This document shows positions 51,882 to 62,093 of a DNA stretch of 64,000 nucleotides, piece after piece. Both the position numbers and the translations under genes were made by a program. Under the pieces are notes generated by a model. That model searched no databases. It saw only the letters and a program-made list of their open reading frames with translations, and had not been told where the DNA came from. This stretch comes from a virus: positions 32,001-96,000 of IMG/VR virus record IMGVR_UViG_3300021963_000027. One strand, 5' to 3'. Positions within the stretch are counted from its first letter, which is position 1, and every line of letters begins with the position of its first letter.

Positions 51882-54839
51882 TTAAAATCTTAGTGAGTTC
51901 CAATTTGATGGTGCGGCAGAAGTTCCTGTTACTTTATAGTATAGATAATCTATGTGAAGTTGAGAACGAGATGTGTAAGTAAATTTACCGTTCTGTATGC
52001 CAATTTCATTACTTGCTCCTAAAACATATAAGTCAGCCCTTCTAGCCCATGTGCTAACTACTGGATCGGTAGCAATATTATAACTAGCTTGAAATAGAAT
52101 TACATTCTCTCTAACAATTATAATTGTTAGAACAGGTAATGCAGCAGAGCGGTCAAGCTTATAAGTTATATTCACCCATTTATCCAGTAGGTCGATAAAA
52201 TTAACGCCTGTGTCTAAGAAATCAACATTTGCTGATGTAGTTGTAAATGTGTATGGAGATGCAGTAGCGGCTTTATTAACTCCAAGAACTAAATTAGTTG
52301 CGTGTAAGTAGGGGTTAAAAATTAACCCTCCACGTAGAGATTGATCCGCGCCACCTGTCCCCCCTTTCGGTATTATTCCAATCTTGAAGTATCCTTGTGT
52401 CCTGAAATCATTACTACCTACAAATACTCGACAAGTAAATTCATCTATTCTATTTGTTAAATTATACGGTATTGTTGTTCTGTTTATACCAATATAAAAA
52501 GATTGGCTGCTTGCTGTTGGTCCTCTGACAAGAAAAATACCACGGTGAGTGTGAGCATCATTTCCATTGAAAGCAGTAACTCCTGCATTAGTAGTAGTCC
52601 ACACATCGCCAAACACCGCTGGAGACACAGCAAATGTCGTACCACCAGAAGCTGCGGCTAATGTTAGATCAGCATTATATTGATCATCAAAATCTAAAAA
52701 TTGCTCCCATGTGGTTTGAAGAAATGTGGTGTCATCTGTTATTCTTTCATTTCTGCTAGTGTATCTGGCATCAGCTAATCCTTTTGTAATTATATCAGAT
52801 GAAGCGACTGCTAATTGATTTGGTAATCTATTAGCAGTGCCATTACCAACAATATTATTAGAGAATGTCTTCACACCAGCGAGTGTTTGGTCGCCAGTCG
52901 TGTATACTAAATTGTTGGCAAATACACTACCACTAGCACTGATATTTCCTGATACAGTAAATCTTTCGTTAGGGGTAGAGGTATGTACTCCAACATTAGG
53001 AAAAGTTGAATTGACACCACCTACATGCAGTACTTCTATGTTTTGATCGATGTCGTAAAAGGATGCAATATCACCTGTTCCGTTATTACCTACCCACATA
53101 GCTGGCCCACCACCTACATGAACAACACTCAACGCGCTAGTTACAGAGAATATAGTGTTGCTAAAAGTAGTTGTTCCTAAAGCAGTTAGATTACCTTGAA
53201 TCGTAACGTTGTTGTTAAATGTTGTAGAACCTGTTACAGTTCCACCTGATAGTGGAAAAAACTTAGAATTTGTAAAATCTATAGTAGCGTAGGAAGCACT
53301 ATTAGATTGATATATAACACTTGTGTTATAAGCATCATCCCAGTTAGCACTATTAGATCTTACTAAAGTATTAACATAAGTATCATCACTACCGCCTGAA
53401 AATATTGTTAATAGATCTACTCCAGCGGACAAATACTGACCAGTTACATTCAAATCACCATTCATTGTACCGCCATCTTGGTATTGAGTGGCGTTTGTCC
53501 CCCCACCAGAAGCATAAACAGCTACATATTTTCTTAAATCAGTTTTATAATTTTCAAATTTATCGTGAATTTTTTTATTCCAATCCTTTTCGATGGAGTC
53601 CCAATCTTTAACAATTGGCTTCCCTTTTTTGGATTCTAAAATATATTCAACTGGCTTTTCATTTTTGATTTTACGGATCTCAGAAAGCAATCCATTTCTA
53701 CTTTCTTGAATAAGATCTTGAAAATATTTTCTCGCTTCATCTGTAATATCTAGAGTTTCTTCCTTTACTAAGGATAATTTTTCATCAAAATATTGCGTGA
53801 TTTCTTGTTCTGTTTCTGAGATTTTATTATCAAATTTCTCAGAAATCTCTAAAATTCTCTTATCAACATTTCCTACGCGAGAAAGAGCTTTCTGAACGCC
53901 TTTGTTTAGTGAATTATTAAGTTCAATATTGGCATCACGAATTGCATCCAATTCCCTATTAACACCTTCAATTAAAGAAACATCAGCTTTTTCATTCAAT
54001 TTATTGTTGAGATTTTTATCAATTTCTGATACTTTTTCAACAATTTCTTCAGCAATATCTTTTAATTCTTTATCGACTTTTGGGTTGATATTACTTTCAT
54101 ATAATTCTCTGACCAATTTTTTGACAGACTTATCAATCAGCTTGGAAGAATTTTGAAAATTCCCTCTGAGAGATTCATTTAGATTATCAGCAATGTCTTG
54201 AATTTTAAGATCAATGCTTTCACGAATCTCATCAAATTTATAATCATTATCTGAAATTAATTCATTTTTAATTTTTCCAGAAATGATGGTAAATTCGCCT
54301 ACAAGATTTTCTCTTGCCGATTCCAAATATTCCTTGAGAGCTTTTTCTTTTTTCCTACCCTCATTCTTAATATCTTGAATCTTTCTCGCTTTATTATGTT
54401 CTAAAATTTCAAGAGATTTCTTTATAGCATTTCTCTTTACTCTTTTTATTTCTTCGAGAATTTCTTGTTTTTTATCTTCTACAATTTCAGAATTATCGAA
54501 AGTTTCTTCGATGATCTCTCTGATCTCCAAATCTTTATCGTCATCATTCTCGATATTTGATTCAAAGATTTCAACTGGTTCGCTTTCCGAATTAAAATAA
54601 ATTTCTTGTTTTCCTTTCAGAAGTAAGAAAGGATATTGTACTTTTTCGTCTCCTTCTTCTACAAGAATAGATACAATTGGATTCCCGTTTTCTTCGGAAA
54701 TCTTCTCAGCCACATATTTATTTTCGTTTATCTGCACCTCAAAAACACCGAAAAAGACTTCTTGAAAATCTTTAACTTGAAGGATGTTTAGAGGAGAGTT
54801 AGACGAGGTAATTTTCACCTCTTCGCTAAACAGTCTCAT
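51882..54839 (-). CDS. Large virion protein: acidic coiled-coil N-terminal half plus fibre-like C-terminal half
   Basis: K/E-rich heptads to about aa 470, then GGGTNA and G/T/N-rich fibre-like segments. Confidence 0.7.
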   Translation of the reverse strand: MRLFSEEVKITSSNSPLNILQVKDFQEVFFGVFEVQINENKYVAEKISEENGNPIVSILVEEGDEKVQYPFLLLKGKQEIYFNSESEPVEIFESNIENDDDKDLEIREIIEETFDNSEIVEDKKQEILEEIKRVKRNAIKKSLEILEHNKARKIQDIKNEGRKKEKALKEYLESARENLVGEFTIISGKIKNELISDNDYKFDEIRESIDLKIQDIADNLNESLRGNFQNSSKLIDKSVKKLVRELYESNINPKVDKELKDIAEEIVEKVSEIDKNLNNKLNEKADVSLIEGVNRELDAIRDANIELNNSLNKGVQKALSRVGNVDKRILEISEKFDNKISETEQEITQYFDEKLSLVKEETLDITDEARKYFQDLIQESRNGLLSEIRKIKNEKPVEYILESKKGKPIVKDWDSIEKDWNKKIHDKFENYKTDLRKYVAVYASGGGTNATQYQDGGTMNGDLNVTGQYLSAGVDLLTIFSGGSDDTYVNTLVRSNSANWDDAYNTSVIYQSNSASYATIDFTNSKFFPLSGGTVTGSTTFNNNVTIQGNLTALGTTTFSNTIFSVTSALSVVHVGGGPAMWVGNNGTGDIASFYDIDQNIEVLHVGGVNSTFPNVGVHTSTPNERFTVSGNISASGSVFANNLVYTTGDQTLAGVKTFSNNIVGNGTANRLPNQLAVASSDIITKGLADARYTSRNERITDDTTFLQTTWEQFLDFDDQYNADLTLAAASGGTTFAVSPAVFGDVWTTTNAGVTAFNGNDAHTHRGIFLVRGPTASSQSFYIGINRTTIPYNLTNRIDEFTCRVFVGSNDFRTQGYFKIGIIPKGGTGGADQSLRGGLIFNPYLHATNLVLGVNKAATASPYTFTTTSANVDFLDTGVNFIDLLDKWVNITYKLDRSAALPVLTIIIVRENVILFQASYNIATDPVVSTWARRADLYVLGASNEIGIQNGKFTYTSRSQLHIDYLYYKVTGTSAAPSNWNSLRF

Positions 54840-54863
54840 CTTTTATATTTAGTCAAATGGTTA

Positions 54864-55589
54864 TTATGTCAATGAATTTTTATATTCTTCGAAGGTAATT
54901 GCGAAATATTCCAAATAATCGTTATGATTAAATATGTGTATCGAATTTGATATTTTTTTGATAGTATGGTAGCCGATTATTTTTAATTTACACAGCATTG
55001 GCGATGTCAATTTTGTTCTTTGGATGAAATCACTTTCCGATGTAAAATATAATACATCTTTATTATTTATAATAATTTTAAATGGTTTCGATTTTGGTTC
55101 TACATATGTCTTTGGTTTGTATTCTTTGAGTTTTTTCCCTTTCCTTGGATGAACATAACCATCGCCATATATTTCATCTGCTGTTTTCCCCTTTCTCGGG
55201 TCTTCCCATTCAGAGTTGCTAATCCGTTCTTTCATGGATTTTCCTGTTTGACGGGCAGATATTTCAGGACATTTTTTACCCCTCCTGTAATGACCAGTGT
55301 TACTTAAATTTGCATCGTCACCACCGTCTAATATATTCGTCAAATATCCACTACAATCTATCAACTTACCACATTTCTTTATTATCTGTTTTTCTATTTG
55401 ATATGCTCTATATTCTGGGATATTCTTATAAATTACTATCCTTTTAAATTCTTTGTTTGGAAAAGTTTCCACTAATTCCGTATGTAATTTATTCCTTTTT
55501 ATATGTTGGACTCTTGCATTTGTGCCTATGCCAACATAGAAAGGTTTTTTAGTTATTGGATTGATATCTAAATATACATTAATTAACAT
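54864..55589 (-). CDS. GIY-YIG homing endonuclease
   Basis: VYLD...KPFYVGIGTNARV...AYQIEKQII...LTNILDGG. Confidence 0.85.
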   Translation of the reverse strand: MLINVYLDINPITKKPFYVGIGTNARVQHIKRNKLHTELVETFPNKEFKRIVIYKNIPEYRAYQIEKQIIKKCGKLIDCSGYLTNILDGGDDANLSNTGHYRRGKKCPEISARQTGKSMKERISNSEWEDPRKGKTADEIYGDGYVHPRKGKKLKEYKPKTYVEPKSKPFKIIINNKDVLYFTSESDFIQRTKLTSPMLCKLKIIGYHTIKKISNSIHIFNHNDYLEYFAITFEEYKNSLT

Positions 55590-55627
55590 ATATTTATTTA
55601 GTCCAAAGTTAAGGTAATTTAGAAATA

Positions 55628-56770
55628 TTACATGACTAAGAAGGATAGGGGATCGAAATCTCCGTATCCACCTTCGATTAAGAATTGTTCCAATTCTTTT
55701 TTCTCTGCAACACCTTCTGACAAAATGGAATCACCATTGATAGAACCACCACCAGGTAAATTCACACCATTAATTTTAGTGAGAATTCTACCCCACATAA
55801 CTTTGCATAAAGCAGTGGAGTATTCCAATACCCACTTTTCTTTCACCAAATCTTTGAGCGGTTTTTCCACATAACATTCCAACAAACCATAGAATGTGGT
55901 ATTTTTTGGTTGTGGTAACAAACGTAAATATTGTGTTCTAGGGTCGAAATGAATATCTCTTCTCGTGGCAAACATTTTTTCTCTGGTATCGATCCAATCT
56001 TTGACAGTATGCCAAGAAAGAATATCGAAACCATAATTCCCAAGAGAATATGCGTGGTAAGATTGTTGCGCCATGGTTTGTTCCACGGAGAACAATGTGT
56101 TCACACCAGTCGTAGAACCTTCTTCAAATGATATGACATCAACGACTTTTCGATAATCCATGATATCATAATCGAACATATTGTTGTAGGTGCGAACATC
56201 TTCTTTCGGTTCACATTGAACAGTGAAAGGTTTTTGATAAGATTGTTGGAACAACGAACTCAAAGAAGGATTGAATCCGACAAATAAGTCATAGGTAGCT
56301 TTATCAATAATTTGCATTTGTGTAATACCATCGGATGGAACTACAGCACTCAAAGACGACGAAGAAGCAAAATAAGAATTCGGTATGGTTGACAAAGAAA
56401 TATACAACGCATCGGTAATCTTCACTTCATAATCAGGATTAGGTCCGAGTTTCTTATCATTTAATTTTTCCGATGGAGTATATCCAGAATTTGCCACAGT
56501 GAAAAGAGTGTCCAGTCTGATCCCTTTACCACTTTCATATAATCCACTATTAAAAATTATATATTCTTTGGAATATCCAGCGTATTTCGTATAAAAATCC
56601 GTTGCCATCGAAATTGCTTCATAAAGTTGGTCATAATGCAACTCGACATTGATCATTGGATGTCCTAGTAATCTCAAGATTCTTTCTCCCAAACGTTGAT
56701 AACACTCGATCTTTGAATTGAGATTAGTGGACATGAAAGCTGAAATTGGTTCTACTTGACAAAGGCTCAT
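55628..56770 (-). CDS. gp13: Neck protein (gp13-like)
   Basis: RLLGHPMINVEL...DQLYEAI; WVLEYSTALCK..WGRILTK..GVNLPGG.SING. Confidence 0.88.
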   Translation of the reverse strand: MSLCQVEPISAFMSTNLNSKIECYQRLGERILRLLGHPMINVELHYDQLYEAISMATDFYTKYAGYSKEYIIFNSGLYESGKGIRLDTLFTVANSGYTPSEKLNDKKLGPNPDYEVKITDALYISLSTIPNSYFASSSSLSAVVPSDGITQMQIIDKATYDLFVGFNPSLSSLFQQSYQKPFTVQCEPKEDVRTYNNMFDYDIMDYRKVVDVISFEEGSTTGVNTLFSVEQTMAQQSYHAYSLGNYGFDILSWHTVKDWIDTREKMFATRRDIHFDPRTQYLRLLPQPKNTTFYGLLECYVEKPLKDLVKEKWVLEYSTALCKVMWGRILTKINGVNLPGGGSINGDSILSEGVAEKKELEQFLIEGGYGDFDPLSFLVM

Positions 56771-56798
56771 AGAATTATTTAATACGCTAAATAATAAT

Positions 56799-57095
56799 AT
56801 GTCATTTGAATCCAATAATGGTTCTGTTTATTATCAACTTTCTTGCGGCGTCCCTACTGTTTCAGGGTGGAATGCCAATACTAATAATGGTTCCAAATAT
56901 TATTACCTTTCTTCCAACGATTTCATACTTTGGGGGCAAAGCACCGTTTTCACTCATCCATCGGCTAATAATGGCAGTCAATATTATTTTTATGTGTGTG
57001 ACAAATCGACTGACACTGGGTGGTCTGCTTTATCCAATAACGGAACTAAATTCTATTATAACTCAGCATTCAATCGTGTAAGCTTTTGCGGATAA
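56799..57095 (+). CDS. Small repeat protein (4 x NNG[ST]x[YF]Y)
   Basis: Late promoter; internal repeats. Confidence 0.65.
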   Translation: MSFESNNGSVYYQLSCGVPTVSGWNANTNNGSKYYYLSSNDFILWGQSTVFTHPSANNGSQYYFYVCDKSTDTGWSALSNNGTKFYYNSAFNRVSFCG

Positions 57096-57103
57096 ATAAT
57101 ATC

Positions 57104-57778
57104 ATGGATTTATGGATTTTCTTAATGCAAAACGCGCAAACTATTTCAATTGTCATTGGATTGGTAAGCACCTTCTTGGTTTTTTTCAAAAAAATTAAAA
57201 AATTTATTATTAAAAAATATGAACAACATAAAATTTATAATAAATCCAAACATGAAATACCAGAAATTTTACAAGAAATTAAATCGGGAATTGGTAATTT
57301 AGACACTCGAATGAAGAATGTTGAATATGAAATCTCCCCTAATGGTGGTGGTTCAATGAAAGATTCTCTGAAAATTATCAAAGCAGAAATAGAAGCAATG
57401 TTTTGGTTGAATCCGAAACCATCTTTTCGCACTACTTCCAAAGCAATGAACATTCAAGTTAATGAAGCATATTGTCATTTGTGCGCAACATCATCGGAAG
57501 AATTACTTCGTTTGAATTGGAAAAATTTCATAGAAGATGAAAGTCAATTGGACGATTACATGCGTAGATGGGAAGAATCTACTGATGCCTTTTCGCAATT
57601 TTCTGGTAAATTAAAATTCAAAAATTCTCGTGGAGAATCTATGGGCGAATGGCTAGTGAAAGTTCGTCCTCTTGGATCAATAGAAGAAGGAAAAGATTAT
57701 TTGTGGAACGGGTCAATTTATCCGTTCGATCAAAAATCAAAAGAGTGTGCTAGGAATTTTAATATTCCTCTGAATTAA
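57104..57778 (+). CDS. Membrane-anchored PAS-domain protein
   Basis: N-terminal TM, PNGGGSMKD linker, VNEAYCHL...SEELLRLNWKNFI PAS-like core. Confidence 0.7.
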   Translation: MDLWIFLMQNAQTISIVIGLVSTFLVFFKKIKKFIIKKYEQHKIYNKSKHEIPEILQEIKSGIGNLDTRMKNVEYEISPNGGGSMKDSLKIIKAEIEAMFWLNPKPSFRTTSKAMNIQVNEAYCHLCATSSEELLRLNWKNFIEDESQLDDYMRRWEESTDAFSQFSGKLKFKNSRGESMGEWLVKVRPLGSIEEGKDYLWNGSIYPFDQKSKECARNFNIPLN

Positions 57779-59601
57779 ACTGGAGGTGCTTCCTCTACTG
57801 GTGGTGCTTCCTCTGCTGGAGGTGATGCTTCTCCACCGCCCAAATCAGCTTCTTCGCCACCTCCTATAGCGGCTCCTCCACCTCCGAAGTCTGGAGGCAT
57901 ACCACCTCCGCCTCCACCACCGCCACCTAAGTCGCCGCCTTCTCCTCCCGCAGCACCTTCAGCTTGTTGTGCTGCAAGTTCTTTCCAGTTAGGTCCGTTG
58001 GCTTTAATTTGCTCAATTTCGTATAGGAACTCTGCTTCATTTCTCAGGAAATGGCGATTAGCAAGAATGTCTGAATCTTTCCAGTCCAAATATTTTTTCA
58101 TGGCAAAGGTTTTGGAGACAAATTCGCTGTTTGTAATACTGGTAAAGGTGTTAATTTTTAGTTCCAATTTTTGACTTTCTCTCATGTCATAGAAATTCGT
58201 CGGAACATTAAATTCCACTTGAATATTATCTTCGAAAAGATCGTATTCTTCGAACATTTCTTTGAATTTGAGATGAGTGACAAATGCTCTTTTGATACCT
58301 TGAGCAAATCTTTGTTGTTGACGGATGATCATCTTCGCGAATTTGAGTTCTTCACGAAGCATTTCTGTTCCGTCATTATAACCCGTTTCATTGTTAAGAC
58401 GAGAAGTTGGAGTCTTCAGAGAACGATAAAGTTTCTTAATGAACCAATCCAGTGGCTCCATGTTACCATCTGATTGTTGACCACCAAATGTTTCAACAGT
58501 TGTTGCTTCCTGTCCTTGTCTCTTAGCAAACCAGAAAGAATCTAGAGTAGATTGCGGTGCATATTTTTTAACAATATCACTTTGATCCAAATCGAAAGTC
58601 TTGGTAGACCAATATTGGGATTGCAATTTTCTCAGATATGCTTCAGCTTGAGGAACTGGCAATCTACCAACATCAACATTGAAAAGGAAACGAAGAGGGG
58701 CATGAACCATTCTATGGATAACCACAGAATCTTCGATCATCGAAAGCTGTCTATAAGCTCTACGGCAATTCTCAATGAAAGGAATAATAAAATCTTTTGT
58801 TTCATTATATTGTCCGCTATTCACATAAAGAACTTGGTTCTTTTCAAATGGAATATATTCATAGCGTTCGACTTTTTTATTATCGATGCTAGAAAAAATA
58901 GGCTTTTTATAAATGAATGCTTTGACCAACATCGTCTGGATGTTGTCATAAACGGGATCAAATTGATCAGCAGGAAGATTTTTAATAGCAACAACACCTT
59001 GTTTGATATAATCATCTTTCAGAATCAATTCAAAAAAGAGTTCACCTTCAACAAGAAATTGTCGGAAATAATGCCATCCATTGTCATCCAAGTCCAACAT
59101 GGAACAGAATTTAGAAAATTCTTTTTGTAATTCTTCTTTTTTATCTGATTCTAAATCAGCGTTACGGAAATTAAGAGTTACGATTTCTCCATCTTCATCG
59201 ACGTTAATGGTTTCGTCACAAATCTCGTCCAAAGCATCTGCCACTTCAGAGTAAGCAGCAATCATACGGTAGTCTCTAAGACGACCTGGTTTTTCTTCTG
59301 ATGCTTGGGAATACATCAAATCCGTAAAGGATTTGTCTTGGTAAATTGCTGAAAACGCTGTGTTATTCCAGTCGTTATTAAGAGCTACGGAGTTCTTAGC
59401 AATCGCTTCAGGTCTACGTAACCCGATTTTTTGGAAATATTTATATTTCGTATTCTTTGCTTCATCAGGAGTTTGTTGAATAAAATTCCCACGATTCTTC
59501 AAATAGGATTGCATATTCCTATCAAAAGTAGAGCCTTTTCCATCGCTACCTTGATACTGTTTATTTGAAGATGGTGTTGTTGAACTGCCGATACCCGCCA
59601 T
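57775..59601 (-). CDS. gp20: Portal vertex protein (gp20-like)
   Basis: EVADALDEICDE, QLSMIEDSVVIHRMVHAP..F..DVG.LP...AE.YL, LYRSLK.P.SRL, REELKF. Confidence 0.95.
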   Translation of the reverse strand: MAGIGSSTTPSSNKQYQGSDGKGSTFDRNMQSYLKNRGNFIQQTPDEAKNTKYKYFQKIGLRRPEAIAKNSVALNNDWNNTAFSAIYQDKSFTDLMYSQASEEKPGRLRDYRMIAAYSEVADALDEICDETINVDEDGEIVTLNFRNADLESDKKEELQKEFSKFCSMLDLDDNGWHYFRQFLVEGELFFELILKDDYIKQGVVAIKNLPADQFDPVYDNIQTMLVKAFIYKKPIFSSIDNKKVERYEYIPFEKNQVLYVNSGQYNETKDFIIPFIENCRRAYRQLSMIEDSVVIHRMVHAPLRFLFNVDVGRLPVPQAEAYLRKLQSQYWSTKTFDLDQSDIVKKYAPQSTLDSFWFAKRQGQEATTVETFGGQQSDGNMEPLDWFIKKLYRSLKTPTSRLNNETGYNDGTEMLREELKFAKMIIRQQQRFAQGIKRAFVTHLKFKEMFEEYDLFEDNIQVEFNVPTNFYDMRESQKLELKINTFTSITNSEFVSKTFAMKKYLDWKDSDILANRHFLRNEAEFLYEIEQIKANGPNWKELAAQQAEGAAGGEGGDLGGGGGGGGGMPPDFGGGGAAIGGGEEADLGGGEASPPAEEAPPVEEAPPV

Positions 59602-59631
59602 ACTTATTATTTAGGGGGATTTGTCAATTAT

Positions 59632-60711
59632 TCAATGAGAACTTATCCATCCTGCATCATTAGCTGTGATAAATACAGCATTTCCATTGAAATTATTAAA
59701 ATAATCAGAACTCAAAGAAATTGTCGCAATATTATCATTCACAACCTCGATCACATTCTCTGGTAACTGGTAAGCAGAAATGGTTGGGAACTTGGCAGTA
59801 TCAATCTCCTTATAAATTAATTCGGGAATATTTCTGTTTGCCGACAGATACCAAGTGTTATTGTAACCAAATCTCTTTCCATAGAATTGGAAATTTCTTT
59901 CGTTCAACTCAGTTACAATCAAAGAATCTCCTTGATGAATACCATTGATGAAATAATTGGTGAATTCGGGATATGCACTGATTGATATACTGTCTGTTTG
60001 AACACCCTCTGCACTGATAGCATCGAAGAGATTGTAATCACAAAATCTAGTGCTGACAGGGAGGGCATGGAAGTCTGCATTCACGACATAGATCGGTGAT
60101 TGAGTCTGGTTATAATCCTTGAACAACCAACCTTTGATCGTGAATGATGTGGATGCAGAAATTCTCCATTTTGTATCAGGTGATAAATCTTTGGGATTTT
60201 CATAGGAAATATCTCCTGACCATTGAATTTCTGAACGAATCTCATCGATAAATGGTAAATTAAATTTCTCAGGAATTTTCCAAGAAACGATAATATATGG
60301 ATTACAATTTACGACGAAATTCTGGATGATCTGATCTAGATCTTCTTTAAAATAACAAATGATGTTCACATCCAGAGTGAGATTTACTGGAATTGGTGTT
60401 GGAATTTTAGCAAGTCTATTGCTAGAATCCAACTGTTTTCTATACAGAAATTGATCTTTATTTGAAATCCTAGAAGGATCACGAGCTAAACTTGTCTGCT
60501 CAATCGTTACTACTGGCAGTGTCAGTGTCTTAGCTCTATCAGAAAGATCATGAAGGACACGGTGTTTAGGTCCGTTTACATACCGAACTTCAATTTTCTC
60601 CTTCGATTGTCTGGTTTTCGCATCGTAACGATACACGAAAGCATCGTCAAATGCTGCAACGAACATATTGAGGAGTTGGGAATTTTCGAAAAAGTAATTA
60701 TAGTCCTTCAC
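59632..60711 (-). CDS. gp15: Tail sheath stabiliser/terminator (gp15-like)
   Basis: LNMFVAAFDD, IEVRYVNGPK, LPVVTIE, EDLDQIIQ.F. Confidence 0.8.
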   Translation of the reverse strand: MKDYNYFFENSQLLNMFVAAFDDAFVYRYDAKTRQSKEKIEVRYVNGPKHRVLHDLSDRAKTLTLPVVTIEQTSLARDPSRISNKDQFLYRKQLDSSNRLAKIPTPIPVNLTLDVNIICYFKEDLDQIIQNFVVNCNPYIIVSWKIPEKFNLPFIDEIRSEIQWSGDISYENPKDLSPDTKWRISASTSFTIKGWLFKDYNQTQSPIYVVNADFHALPVSTRFCDYNLFDAISAEGVQTDSISISAYPEFTNYFINGIHQGDSLIVTELNERNFQFYGKRFGYNNTWYLSANRNIPELIYKEIDTAKFPTISAYQLPENVIEVVNDNIATISLSSDYFNNFNGNAVFITANDAGWISSH

Positions 60712-60720
60712 TCATAATAC

Positions 60721-60969
60721 TTAATCAACATCAATGTATTTAGCTTTAATCACATTATCGGCAATATCAGATAAAAGTTCAGATGCATAGATTTGGGGGT
60801 CGTCTGATTGACAAATAATCTCTCCACTGAAACAATTATATTCTTTGAAAAAATCTATTACTTTATCAAAAACGATATTGCGAATTTCTTCGGAATCTTC
60901 ATATTCCACGATAGTATCTGTATATAGGTTGTATTGTTTTCTCATATTATTAAAAATTTCCAAATCCAA
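60721..60969 (-). CDS. Hypothetical protein
   Basis: ORF track. Confidence 0.7.
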   Translation of the reverse strand: MDLEIFNNMRKQYNLYTDTIVEYEDSEEIRNIVFDKVIDFFKEYNCFSGEIICQSDDPQIYASELLSDIADNVIKAKYIDVD

Positions 60970-62092
60970 TTGCTCTTTCTTGTTGCTTCAAAGGTGAGTC
61001 GAATTCTTCAACATTGAAGACATCACACAGAGCAATTTCATCATCAAAAATATGACTGATACCGCAATGTTCTCCCAAACGATTGGCATCTTTTGCTGAA
61101 AGTTTACCGAAATGGTGAGAGATGTGGAGTCTTCCTTTTCTCAATAAAGCTGAATCAATTGCTTTGATATCAGCATTCATCGTGGCAACCACTTTGATTT
61201 TCAGTGAGTCCTTGAGGAAACCATCAGTCAAGTTCAACAAATTTGTTGTTGCTGAATTTCTATCACCACAAAGAATTTGTTCTGCGTCTTCCACGATCAA
61301 AGTGCATCCTTGATTCTGCAACATGAAAGAAACGAAGCTTGGTTCTGAGATAATACTAACCATCGAAGGTGGAACATAGATAACATCATTCTCACATTTC
61401 GTAATCATGTTCTTAATGAAGTTCGTCTTACCACATCCAGGAGGTCCGTAAAATACCATGAGATTATTTGATTTATCGTCAAAGAATTTCATGATCTTTT
61501 CATATGGAAATTCATCTCCATAATACAAAGGATACTCACCGTCTTTAATTTCAATATTATTGAAAGTGGTCTTTTGTTTATACAAACCTTGAGCATTCTG
61601 AGCGATCATGTAAAAGTTCTTCTCCGAATCGGGAACGAAAAGAACGTTCATATCAATTAACTCCACCAACAATTGTTCGATAGCATTTTTATTTTTAAGA
61701 AGAGGGCAAAATGATATGGAAACAACACCGCTTTCCAAGCCAACAAATTCTACATCTTCATCATCCTCTTTATCAATTTTGTTTTCAGGTAAACCGAAAT
61801 TACAACGAACCATCAAATATAAAAATTCGTTGAAATAATATCCAGCTTTGAAATCATTGATTTTATATTGATGGGTGACATCAAATTTCCATTTTCTGAA
61901 AAGATCATGGATATCATTAAGTCTTCGAGCATCTACTAGATAATCATCGAGAATAATAGTGTTCAGAGAAATATTTCCGAACTTCTGTTCAAATTCTTGA
62001 GGATAGTCAGAAGGATTCTTAAATTCACCAACTGAATTCACCCAATAGGTTCTCTCCAGTGCTTTTTTGATTGTTTCTTTTAATTTGCTCAT
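60950..62092 (-). CDS. AAA+ ATPase
   Basis: Walker A GPPGCGKT; Walker B LIVEDAE; LLNLTDG; DSALLRKGR. Confidence 0.9.
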   Translation of the reverse strand: MSKLKETIKKALERTYWVNSVGEFKNPSDYPQEFEQKFGNISLNTIILDDYLVDARRLNDIHDLFRKWKFDVTHQYKINDFKAGYYFNEFLYLMVRCNFGLPENKIDKEDDEDVEFVGLESGVVSISFCPLLKNKNAIEQLLVELIDMNVLFVPDSEKNFYMIAQNAQGLYKQKTTFNNIEIKDGEYPLYYGDEFPYEKIMKFFDDKSNNLMVFYGPPGCGKTNFIKNMITKCENDVIYVPPSMVSIISEPSFVSFMLQNQGCTLIVEDAEQILCGDRNSATTNLLNLTDGFLKDSLKIKVVATMNADIKAIDSALLRKGRLHISHHFGKLSAKDANRLGEHCGISHIFDDEIALCDVFNVEEFDSPLKQQERAIGFGNF

Positions 62093-62093
62093 A

